Position numbers and translations under genes: made by a program. From IMG/VR virus record IMGVR_UViG_3300023174_000079, positions 1 to 64,000 of that record: DNA of 64,000 bases. The stretch is one strand, 5' to 3'. The notes under the pieces are model-generated. The model was not told the DNA's origin. It did no database searches and worked only from the letters and a program-made list of their open reading frames with translations. This DNA comes from a virus. Positions 47,199-55,565 of this stretch are shown here, piece by piece (the first letter of the stretch is position 1; each line of letters opens with the position of its first letter).

Positions 47199-47660
47199 TT
47201 AATCCTTTTTTTTAGTGTCAGTAAGCTGAAGAAGCGTTTCTTCAATAAAAGAAAGTCTCTTTTCCAGACGCTGAAGCGAATCAAAGATGCGTTCAGAGAG
47301 TGGGCTCGTTTCAAAATTAAATTCAAGCTGATTTTGGTCAATCGCTACAGGTTGTTGTGCGACAACTGGCTGAACGCTAACCGGTGGATTAGTAGTCTCA
47401 ACACCTGCAAGATCGGGCTGTAATGTGTTGTGTACGGTAAGTTGTGGCTGGGATTGTGGAGGTGGGGTTTGTACCGGTGTGGATGGGATACTATTAATAA
47501 CAGCTGTAGGATTAAGAATCATACCTTGTAGCGTATTATTTTTTGCTACAAGATTTTTATCAAGCTCTTTTAAATCTCCAGTAACATGCTGACCCATAAA
47601 TTGCAGGGTCAACATCTTAATTTGCTCTGGAGTCAGCGCTGCGTCATTAAACGTATCCAT
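47199..47660 (-). CDS. hypothetical protein with P/Q-rich linker and coiled coil
   Basis: 153 aa, translationally coupled to gp32. Confidence 0.6.
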   Translation of the reverse strand: MDTFNDAALTPEQIKMLTLQFMGQHVTGDLKELDKNLVAKNNTLQGMILNPTAVINSIPSTPVQTPPPQSQPQLTVHNTLQPDLAGVETTNPPVSVQPVVAQQPVAIDQNQLEFNFETSPLSERIFDSLQRLEKRLSFIEETLLQLTDTKKKD

Positions 47661-48526
47661 TAATCTTCAAGTCCCTTGAGAAGGTCTGCAATTGAATCAT
47701 CATCAAGACTAGTAGGAGCTGCTTTTTTCTCGACAACAGGTACTGTAGTAGGCTTTGGTGTCGTTGTAATCTTAGGGGCAGCAGCAGGTGTTTCTTCAGC
47801 GTCTTCAACATCAGATGTGCAGAAGTAATGAGCATTAAGAATATCCTTAAGCTCATCATAGCTCTTGACAGTAAGATAAGATTCGAGATCAAAAATATTA
47901 TTATAAATCTCATCATAAGAATCGGCATCCAGACCGGTAACAGCCTTAGGAAGAGCGAACTTAGATGATACATAGGTCGGGTAATCGCCTTGCTTCTCTA
48001 CCTTGATACGGAAGCTACAACCGTTAGGTGAAAGATCGAAGATACGAGGTCCAAAGTCTGCTGCATCTTCACCTTCAATAGCATCCATAATAATCTTATT
48101 AAGTTGACGGCCAAAGCGAAGAACCTTGATGGTGCCGTTATTCTCAGGACGAACTGGATCGTTCTCTACGTAGACGTTGATCAACCAGCTCTCCTTACGG
48201 TTAAGAGCACGAGCCTTGTCCTTCTCTTCTTCTGTGCCATTACGACGGATACGATATCCCTCTTCAGCGATAGGATCGCGCTGGTTCCAAGTAGTAGGAC
48301 TAATTACGTTAATTAACTTACCATCTGCAAAGCTATTCCAAGCATATGAATAGTAGTGAAGAAATGTCTTATTAGGATCCTTAACGTTAGGAAGAAGACG
48401 AACGGTATAAGTGTTTCCTACTTCGGTTTTAAGGTAGTCCTTAAACTTTGTATTACTTCCCTCAGTATTTTTAGTGAGGGCTGACTTAATGCTATCGAAC
48501 ATGGATGTTGTGAATGAGGAGCTCAT
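47660..48526 (-). CDS. gp32: single-stranded DNA-binding protein
   Basis: VRLLP, NVYVENDPVRPENNGTIKVLRFG, FDLSPNGCSFRIK and YVSSKF motifs, with an acidic tail. Confidence 0.9.
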   Translation of the reverse strand: MSSSFTTSMFDSIKSALTKNTEGSNTKFKDYLKTEVGNTYTVRLLPNVKDPNKTFLHYYSYAWNSFADGKLINVISPTTWNQRDPIAEEGYRIRRNGTEEEKDKARALNRKESWLINVYVENDPVRPENNGTIKVLRFGRQLNKIIMDAIEGEDAADFGPRIFDLSPNGCSFRIKVEKQGDYPTYVSSKFALPKAVTGLDADSYDEIYNNIFDLESYLTVKSYDELKDILNAHYFCTSDVEDAEETPAAAPKITTTPKPTTVPVVEKKAAPTSLDDDSIADLLKGLED

Positions 48527-48565
48527 AGTTAATTTTGTTTAGTATATGTTGTGGGTTTTGTATAA

Positions 48566-49222
48566 TCAAGTAGTTTTTTTATTTTTTATTTTTTGTATTC
48601 CAAGCTCAACTAACGTTTTTGCTTTTTTTGAAGCAAAAAACTTTAATCGAAACGTAGAAAGATTATTAAGAAAATCGTCGCCTAGAATAAATTTTAAGAG
48701 TTCAGAATCTTGAGCTCTTATACTACGTTCAAAGGCTTGAAATCCAAATAAGCTATAAACATTTACTCTATGTTCTTTAAGATGCAAGATATAGGAAGCG
48801 TTATTGCCTGTTTGATGTTGAATATATTCAGATATATCAATTTCATGCTCTATACAGAAAGAAGAAATATATTTTAAAGATTCAATAATATTTTTTAATT
48901 GTTCGTTATTATCCGGGTCAAGCATTTCCTGTTTTTTCATAAACAGTGTATATGCTTTTGTTGCTTTTAGCGTGGTGTAGTAATCTAATTCAAAATGCTC
49001 TTGATCAGAATAAATCTCATACGGAGCTTTGATAAAATTCTCTAACTTAATGTGCGGAAACTTAGCTAAGAAAATTGCTATCTTCTTTGAACTATTAATG
49101 TATATATCGTTTAAATTACTAAAGTCTTTTCTATATTTAAAAGGTAATCCCTTTCTACTGCGGGAGATTCTAAGATGAGTATTATAGATGTGTTGCTCGA
49201 AATCTGTTAGAGATGCCCCCAT
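48566..49222 (-). CDS. hypothetical protein, candidate gp59-like helicase loader
   Basis: 218-aa basic, aromatic-rich protein immediately upstream of gp32, the position of gene 59 in T4. Confidence 0.45.
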   Translation of the reverse strand: MGASLTDFEQHIYNTHLRISRSRKGLPFKYRKDFSNLNDIYINSSKKIAIFLAKFPHIKLENFIKAPYEIYSDQEHFELDYYTTLKATKAYTLFMKKQEMLDPDNNEQLKNIIESLKYISSFCIEHEIDISEYIQHQTGNNASYILHLKEHRVNVYSLFGFQAFERSIRAQDSELLKFILGDDFLNNLSTFRLKFFASKKAKTLVELGIQKIKNKKTT

Positions 49223-49224
49223 CC

Positions 49225-49512
49225 CTACATTGTAATCTTCTTTTTTGTATTATTCAAGTATTTCATTACATACTTACTTTTATGTAAACTTGGGTCAAAA
49301 GAAAGAAAAGCCTGCACAGCAGCGAAATCACTGTTTGCATCACAGTAGTGTTTGAAGAGATCTCGTAGAGGCTTGTTTTGCAAAACCAAAAGAAAGACAT
49401 TTGCGAGATTTAATTTCTTTGCATGAATTAATGTTACAAAGGAACAAAACGCAAGAAAGAGATGATCTCTTTCATAATCTATAAGTGTGCCTTCTTCTAA
49501 TATACGCTTCAT
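49225..49512 (-). CDS. hypothetical protein
   Basis: 95-aa ORF between gp41 and the gp59-like gene. Confidence 0.6.
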   Translation of the reverse strand: MKRILEEGTLIDYERDHLFLAFCSFVTLIHAKKLNLANVFLLVLQNKPLRDLFKHYCDANSDFAAVQAFLSFDPSLHKSKYVMKYLNNTKKKITM

Positions 49513-49554
49513 TGATTTAACTAATTATCAATAAAGTATATTAAATCAATGTTT

Positions 49555-50868
49555 CTAATTAGAAAGAGCTGCTAAAGCGTTTACGGTACTTGTACTAGCC
49601 TCAGTGTCGTTTAAATGTTCATCCTCTGATAGAGTAAGCGTTGAATAATCTATGCGGAGAACACACTGTCCAAAGTTTTGACCAAACCGATTCTTCATCA
49701 TACCCATTTTTATGACGCCAAGCTCTCTATCTGTTGTTTCCTGCCAAATGCTCATGATAACATCCGCTGTCATCGCAAGTCCAGAGCTCTCCGAGATTGT
49801 CTCCATTCCTGGATCTGATACACCAAATCCACTTCTATTGACTTGGGTTGCAGAAATTATCGGGCAGTTAAAGATATATGTTAATGCTCGAAGCTGCTCG
49901 GTAATTTTTTTTACCTTTTCGTAGCTATTACCTTCTCCTGGATATGTAAGAAGATTGACATAATCGAGTACAATTGCGTCAAATTTTAGACCCTTGTCAC
50001 GGAGTTTCTTAATATATGACTGTAGAAATCCAACAGTAATGGTCGACGGGGGGAACTCCTTAATAAGAATTTTCGCTTCAGGATTATTATCGGAGTATTC
50101 TTCAAGTGAATGCTTAAGTGTAGGTAGTTCAGTTCTTAGCTTACTAAGAGGAATCTTTGTAATACTAGAACTAATTCGTTGCGCGTAGATTACCTCAGGC
50201 ATTTCAAGGGAAATAAGTAATACGTTCTTACCCTGTTTGGCAATATTAATTGCTACATTACCAAGAAAGATGCTTTTACCGATATTTGTTTCACCTGTGA
50301 AGATATAGAGTGCTCTACCATCTTGCAAGAAGCCACCGCCAATTTTTTCGTCTAACCATGTCCAGCCTGTTGGTATATAATTAATTTGCGTACTTAGAGT
50401 ATCGACAAGCTTATCCACGTCCTCGAGAAGATCTAAACCAATCTCTGTCGTTAATGAGATATTGCATGATTCTTCAAATTTCTCTAAAATCTTTGCCGTA
50501 TCCATATCCGGCTTTTCAACAACCTCAAGCATTGTATGATATACGGCTTTTTCCTTTAAGAACGTTTCTGTATTTTTATACAATTCATCAGAATTTATTT
50601 TTAAGTCAAGATCCTTAAATGCCGCGACTGTTTTTACATAAGAATCTTTTAATTCTTTAGTCGTTAAAAGTGACTTAATTTCGGTATTCGTAGGACAAGC
50701 GTTACGGCGATTAAAAAAATCTTTTATGATCTCAAAGATAGGTTTGATATCTTTATCTTTAAAAAAGATTGGCTTTACGTAATCAACAATAGAAGCGAGA
50801 TAAGTCTCGTCAGTTAGCGCCTTACACACCATCACCTTCTCAAAATAATCATGATCAATACTAGCCAT
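49555..50868 (-). CDS. gp41: replicative DnaB-like helicase
   Basis: GETNIGKS, ISLEM, IKEFP, LDYVNL, SATQVNR, SESSG and MKNRFG motifs. Confidence 0.95.
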   Translation of the reverse strand: MASIDHDYFEKVMVCKALTDETYLASIVDYVKPIFFKDKDIKPIFEIIKDFFNRRNACPTNTEIKSLLTTKELKDSYVKTVAAFKDLDLKINSDELYKNTETFLKEKAVYHTMLEVVEKPDMDTAKILEKFEESCNISLTTEIGLDLLEDVDKLVDTLSTQINYIPTGWTWLDEKIGGGFLQDGRALYIFTGETNIGKSIFLGNVAINIAKQGKNVLLISLEMPEVIYAQRISSSITKIPLSKLRTELPTLKHSLEEYSDNNPEAKILIKEFPPSTITVGFLQSYIKKLRDKGLKFDAIVLDYVNLLTYPGEGNSYEKVKKITEQLRALTYIFNCPIISATQVNRSGFGVSDPGMETISESSGLAMTADVIMSIWQETTDRELGVIKMGMMKNRFGQNFGQCVLRIDYSTLTLSEDEHLNDTEASTSTVNALAALSN

Positions 50869-50898
50869 TATTCTCTATTATAATACTATCTGTAACGA

Positions 50899-51588
50899 TT
50901 AATAGCTAGCATACTCTTGTAAAAACTTTGTTTGATTTTCTGCAAATATCTTGTCATTGAGGTCTCTTAACCCTGGTGAGTTATGGTACGTAAGAATCGG
51001 AATAACACCAAGTCGGAGTTTCTTTTTATTTGCATCTAAGCAGCTTGAAAGATCATAGTGATGAAAGGTATAGTTTTCATTAAACTGCCAACCTACCTCA
51101 ATAGCCTTCTTTACATTTAAGGACATAAAAGCACCGTCAATGAGAGCGACTCTAGCTGGGCTCGGGCCAAAATTTGTAATCGAAGTAGTTCTACCATCAG
51201 GGAGGTAATGACCGGCAAATCCTCTCAAATTACCTCCTTGAAAGCCACCACACATAACATGCCAGAGGGCAGGTGCTTTGAGAGCCGGATTCAAACCTCC
51301 TGCGACACCAATTAGATCATACTCTCTATGCGCCTCTTCAAGCTTAAAGATAAATCCAGCGTCGTCAATCCACATATCATCGTGCACAAAGAGTACATAA
51401 TCATAAACAGGGTTCTCATATAAGAACTTGTTGTAAGCTTTACCGAGTCCGGTTTTATTTTGGGTAATAAAATGTGTTTTATCAAGTAGTGAGAGATTTG
51501 TTATTTTTTCGAGTTTAGCTAAACATTTATAGAGTAGCGTTTGTTTATAATCCGCTACTTGTGTGCATGATACAATTGCAAATGTCAT
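50899..51588 (-). CDS. GT-A fold glycosyltransferase-like protein
   Basis: GLGKAYN, LFVHDD, LIGVAG, IDGAFM and FHHYDL motifs. ATGA-coupled to the amidotransferase. Confidence 0.75.
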   Translation of the reverse strand: MTFAIVSCTQVADYKQTLLYKCLAKLEKITNLSLLDKTHFITQNKTGLGKAYNKFLYENPVYDYVLFVHDDMWIDDAGFIFKLEEAHREYDLIGVAGGLNPALKAPALWHVMCGGFQGGNLRGFAGHYLPDGRTTSITNFGPSPARVALIDGAFMSLNVKKAIEVGWQFNENYTFHHYDLSSCLDANKKKLRLGVIPILTYHNSPGLRDLNDKIFAENQTKFLQEYASY

Positions 51589-52268
51589 AAAATAAAAAAC
51601 GGTGAATTGTTTGTAAATCCCCCGACAGACGTTAGACCTTCTGGTGTGACAAGATATAATACTCCCTCCTCTAGAGGTGTTAGTCCGTCATCTGGAAGAG
51701 ATGAAATTGTATTATCTAGTATATTTGCGTAGAGTGTACTACCAGATCGTGCTATATAAACATTATGCGATTCTTTATTATAGATCCAGAGTCCGAAGGT
51801 ACCTTCTAGCTTTGATAGAACTTTACAAATTATATCTACTTCGTTAACAATTTCTTCTGAATACTGCTCGAGTAACGCGGGAATTACGGATGAATCAACT
51901 TCATTAAAACTTTCTTTGTTTCGTATCTTTGTTTTAAGCTTAGTGTCGTTAGTAAGTACCCCGTTATGCGCTACAACCCAAGAACCGCAAGCAAATGGGT
52001 GTGATGTTAGTTCATCGAACTCGCGTTGTGAGCTAGTGGGGGCTTGGGTGTGTCCCATAAAATAATAAAAATCAGATGGCTTCATTTGAATATCAATATT
52101 ATTGATGATCATATTTTTCGAAAGCTCTACTGTGCCTTTGGCTTTCATAGCCGCGTCGTATTTGTAACTGAGAAATAAAGCTCCGTAAGCAAAATTGCCT
52201 CTTTCTTTATTCTTATTATAAAGCTTCATATATTTGCTAAAATCGCTAGCAGTAAAGATTCCACACAT
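51585..52268 (-). CDS. class II (Ntn) glutamine amidotransferase
   Basis: MCGIF N-terminal nucleophile, GHTQAPT, SHPF, AHNGVLTN and VDSSVI motifs. Confidence 0.88.
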   Translation of the reverse strand: MCGIFTASDFSKYMKLYNKNKERGNFAYGALFLSYKYDAAMKAKGTVELSKNMIINNIDIQMKPSDFYYFMGHTQAPTSSQREFDELTSHPFACGSWVVAHNGVLTNDTKLKTKIRNKESFNEVDSSVIPALLEQYSEEIVNEVDIICKVLSKLEGTFGLWIYNKESHNVYIARSGSTLYANILDNTISSLPDDGLTPLEEGVLYLVTPEGLTSVGGFTNNSPFFIL

Positions 52269-52308
52269 TATGAATATATTATACCCTCAAGAATAAATAA
52301 TTCAAGAC

Positions 52309-53208
52309 ATGAATAAAGATAGTCACTTAATTTTTGAAGCATATCGTAAGCGTTTTGTTACCGAAGCTCCTATTAGTGCCGAATATGAGCCTTTTGCTGC
52401 AGCCACTAAAGGAGCTATTGTAGGTCGGGGAGGAGATACATATCTTTTTTCAGATTTAATGAAGAAAACCGGTAAATCGTCTGATGAGGTCGTAGAGATG
52501 ATTGTAAAGCCTGTCTTTGATGCTCTTTTCCCTGGTGGTCGTTTTGATGCGGAAGGGTCAGAAAAGGAGCAATTAAACAGCTTACAAACTGCTATTCATA
52601 GTGAGCTCGTTCATCTTGGATATCCCAAGGCTCGTGCTGGTTATACAGCTCGTATTATTAAGAACGCTGTAGCCCCTGCTGTTAAATTCCTTAGCGACAA
52701 GGCAGAAAGTGGTGATGCTGTTAATCACGACGACGTTGAGGATGCCGTTGTTGGCTCAATTGAAGACACAAACGATCAAGCAGGTCAAGAGCTTAAAGCT
52801 GCCCCAGCTGATCACGGTCATACAGCCTCAAACGAAGATAGAGAGACAAGTGCATTAATCCAACATACCGTTGATCAAGTTGGTGACGGTATAAATGAAA
52901 ATGAGCTTGTCGATGCTTTAAAGCAGTTTGTAGTTCAAAAGGACCCTGAAGTAAGCGAAGCGAGAGCAACTGGTCGTGTCCGCGGTATTATTAGTAAGCT
53001 TGTTACATCGAAAGTTCTTGCCAAGAGGGGTAATATTATTGAACCAGGTGACAACGCTGATGAATTTGCTGAGAAGGGTGATCTTTCACTTGTATCAGTC
53101 GATCCTGAAGAATATGCAGCTCGTGAATTTGGTGTGGGTAGTAGGCCTACAACAGGTCGCCAGGTGTTTGGCGGCGAGAGCGGGCGCCATGGCGTCGACT
53201 TCGGTTAA
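52309..53208 (+). CDS. hypothetical late protein with possible C-terminal winged helix
   Basis: TAAATA promoter, an N-terminal LIFEAY...VTEA, and ENELVDAL...VRGIISKLVTSKVLAKRG. Confidence 0.65.
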   Translation: MNKDSHLIFEAYRKRFVTEAPISAEYEPFAAATKGAIVGRGGDTYLFSDLMKKTGKSSDEVVEMIVKPVFDALFPGGRFDAEGSEKEQLNSLQTAIHSELVHLGYPKARAGYTARIIKNAVAPAVKFLSDKAESGDAVNHDDVEDAVVGSIEDTNDQAGQELKAAPADHGHTASNEDRETSALIQHTVDQVGDGINENELVDALKQFVVQKDPEVSEARATGRVRGIISKLVTSKVLAKRGNIIEPGDNADEFAEKGDLSLVSVDPEEYAAREFGVGSRPTTGRQVFGGESGRHGVDFG

Positions 53209-53939
53209 GCCAGCAATCTATCCCAAGGAATGTCTTTAGAATAAGATATCGGATCCTTGATACCAGCCTGAATAAAACCCTGTAATCTTAAAGAGCATGC
53301 GGTACATTCACCGCACGCAAGATCCAATCCTTCATAACAGGTCCACGTGCGACTAAAGTCGACACCAAGCTCAATCCCCATTTCAATAATTTCTTTCTTG
53401 GACTTATTAATTAACGGAGCTTCGACTTTTATCTTGTTTCTCCTGTTAAGAGCAGTGATATTGTTGATTGCAGAAAGGAACTCTGGCGACCCATCCCAAA
53501 ATCCTGCGACACTATCGGCTTGCGCAGCACCATGGTAGACAGTCGTAGCGTCAAATTGCTCAGCAAACGAGCAAGCAATACTTAAAAGCATCATATTCCT
53601 AAAAGGTACGTAGTTTTGATTTTGGGGATCACCCATGACGTCTTTCGCTTTAGCAACGTCAATCTCACGATTGAGCAAGGCTGAATTCTTGATCAAGTCA
53701 AAAAACGGAAGCTTAACTACTGTGTTAAAACACACATTTTTTTCGTCATCTCCCTCTCGAATCACGTTAATTTGATAGTCAGCGCACTCAAGCTCTTTCC
53801 TGTGTCTCTGACCGTAGTCAAACGAAATTGCGTAGACGTTATCAAAATTAGATGCAGCGTGATGTAGTAACACTGTACTATCCATCCCACCGGAAACCGG
53901 TACAATAACTCCAGTTTTTACGTTATTCTCCTTGTTCAT
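53205..53939 (-). CDS. queC: QueC-like 7-cyano-7-deazaguanine synthase
   Basis: SGGMDS PP-loop, FDYGQRH, YVPFRN and the TWTCY...CGECTAC zinc site. Start placed at 53939. Confidence 0.88.
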   Translation of the reverse strand: MNKENNVKTGVIVPVSGGMDSTVLLHHAASNFDNVYAISFDYGQRHRKELECADYQINVIREGDDEKNVCFNTVVKLPFFDLIKNSALLNREIDVAKAKDVMGDPQNQNYVPFRNMMLLSIACSFAEQFDATTVYHGAAQADSVAGFWDGSPEFLSAINNITALNRRNKIKVEAPLINKSKKEIIEMGIELGVDFSRTWTCYEGLDLACGECTACSLRLQGFIQAGIKDPISYSKDIPWDRLLA

Positions 53940-55059
53940 CAGAAATCGCTTCAAGCTCATCTTCAACAGTAGGACTACCGTTGTATTTGTAATCTTCTGC
54001 TAGCTTCTTGTCAAGTTCGGGGATGATAAAGTCTTCAAAGAATGATGCATCTTTAACAAAATTCTTAGCATAACCGAGTTTATCACCCTTTTTATACTTA
54101 CCACTATCTACACCGACGAGATATGTGGATCCAGTCTGCTCAACAATACCACGTGCTGCTGCCATCTGTAACAACCCACTGTACTTGTTAAGTCCTGACT
54201 TAAAGGAAAGGTACATTTCTGCCTCTAAAAACGGTGGGACAAAGCGATTTTTCACTGTTAGTGCACGAAGTGTGACGCCTGAGTATTTGTTAGCCTCAGC
54301 AAGCTTATCAGTCTTAAGATTACCTGAATCACCCTCTCCCTCCTTCTCATTACGCTTGGCAAGCTGTACCAAGATACTAGCCATATATACAGGTCCTGAC
54401 CCACCAGACTGTGTTTTTACAAGTGTTGGAAACATAGCACCGGGATCAGAGTAAGTATGGTTAGTGAACATGATCGTTACACCGGCCTTACCTGCTTTAT
54501 AGGTAAGCGTACGAAGCATCGACTTAAGCGACTTAGCACGGGTACCCATATCCATAGCTGATTTATCCTTAGCAATATCATCAATTTCCTTCTGTGATGA
54601 AAGGTTACCAAGACTGTCAATACTGATAATAAACTTACCTTGCTGATTGCTTTCAATAACACTATCAAGGAATCCAGAGATCTGATTACGGCATTGATCA
54701 ACTGTATAAACTGGTACATATTTCGTCTTACTAGCATCGAGACCTACTCCCTTCGTCGAACTCTCATCAATAGCAAACTCTGTATCGAAGATGACAGGAA
54801 TAACGCCTTGCTTCTGAGCATTAGCGAGAATCTTATTCACAACAAATGTCTTACCAGTCATCGACTCACCTGAAAACCCTACAATTCTACCCTTAGGTAT
54901 GCCTCCTTTACGACAGCTACCGCCAAGAATAGCATTGAGCGCGTAACACCCGGTATCATACCAAGTATCAACATTTGACAATGCATTCTCATCAAGCATC
55001 GTTGCTTCGCTATTCATTGAATCAAGTTTCTTAAAAATATTATCAATCTCTTTACTCAT
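53923..55059 (-). CDS. uvsX: RecA-like recombinase
   Basis: DTGCYALN, GESMTGKT, FDTE, IDSLGNL, SGGSG and KNRF motifs. Confidence 0.93.
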   Translation of the reverse strand: MSKEIDNIFKKLDSMNSEATMLDENALSNVDTWYDTGCYALNAILGGSCRKGGIPKGRIVGFSGESMTGKTFVVNKILANAQKQGVIPVIFDTEFAIDESSTKGVGLDASKTKYVPVYTVDQCRNQISGFLDSVIESNQQGKFIISIDSLGNLSSQKEIDDIAKDKSAMDMGTRAKSLKSMLRTLTYKAGKAGVTIMFTNHTYSDPGAMFPTLVKTQSGGSGPVYMASILVQLAKRNEKEGEGDSGNLKTDKLAEANKYSGVTLRALTVKNRFVPPFLEAEMYLSFKSGLNKYSGLLQMAAARGIVEQTGSTYLVGVDSGKYKKGDKLGYAKNFVKDASFFEDFIIPELDKKLAEDYKYNGSPTVEDELEAISDEQGE

Positions 55060-55107
55060 ATAGTACCTATTATACTGTCATATTATTTGTAATCAAGAGC
55101 ATAAAAT

Positions 55108-55138
55108 AAAAAAAACGCCCGACCTAAGCCGGGCGTTT
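55108..55138 (-). terminator. intrinsic terminator
   Basis: AAACGCCCG-8 nt-CGGGCGTTT hairpin with a U tract on the minus strand. Confidence 0.85.
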
Positions 55139-55168
55139 AATCTGGTTTCTTTGAGAGCAGATTACGGT

Positions 55169-55528
55169 TTACTCATCAAAAAGCTTTACAACTGCAGGCT
55201 CGGTAGTCGGTGTAGCTGCAGGAGCTGTAAAGAGCTTGCTATACTGATCAACAAGACGAGGATCATTGTCAACATCGACGCCGACAACAACGTTAGCATA
55301 GTGATACTTCCAAGTCGTGCCATTCTCCTTTGACTTATCACCGACGAATTCGCGGAAATAAAGAGGAATAGTCTGAACGTTAAGCTGACCCTGTTGAGTT
55401 GGCTGGACGTGAATAATAGCGGGGTTCTTTACAAGAAAGGACGCACCGTTGTCTACATCACCAACAGCCTCGCCAATAATAGTGCGGCCGATGTGATCAA
55501 TGAAGGTAAGAAGTTTTGTTTCGCTCAT
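55169..55528 (-). CDS. hypothetical protein (Sm-like beta fold suspected)
   Basis: GRTIIGE...LVKNPAII motif. Has its own promoter and terminator. Confidence 0.65.
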   Translation of the reverse strand: MSETKLLTFIDHIGRTIIGEAVGDVDNGASFLVKNPAIIHVQPTQQGQLNVQTIPLYFREFVGDKSKENGTTWKYHYANVVVGVDVDNDPRLVDQYSKLFTAPAATPTTEPAVVKLFDE

Positions 55529-55565
55529 ATCTCTTATATATTAAGCTATCGATTATTAAAATCAA

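Noticed and set aside
50899-53939. QueC as part of a QatABCD or type IV CBASS defence system
   Set aside because: No KAP ATPase, TatD, CD-NTase or TGT partner is adjacent. The context is the phage replication operon.
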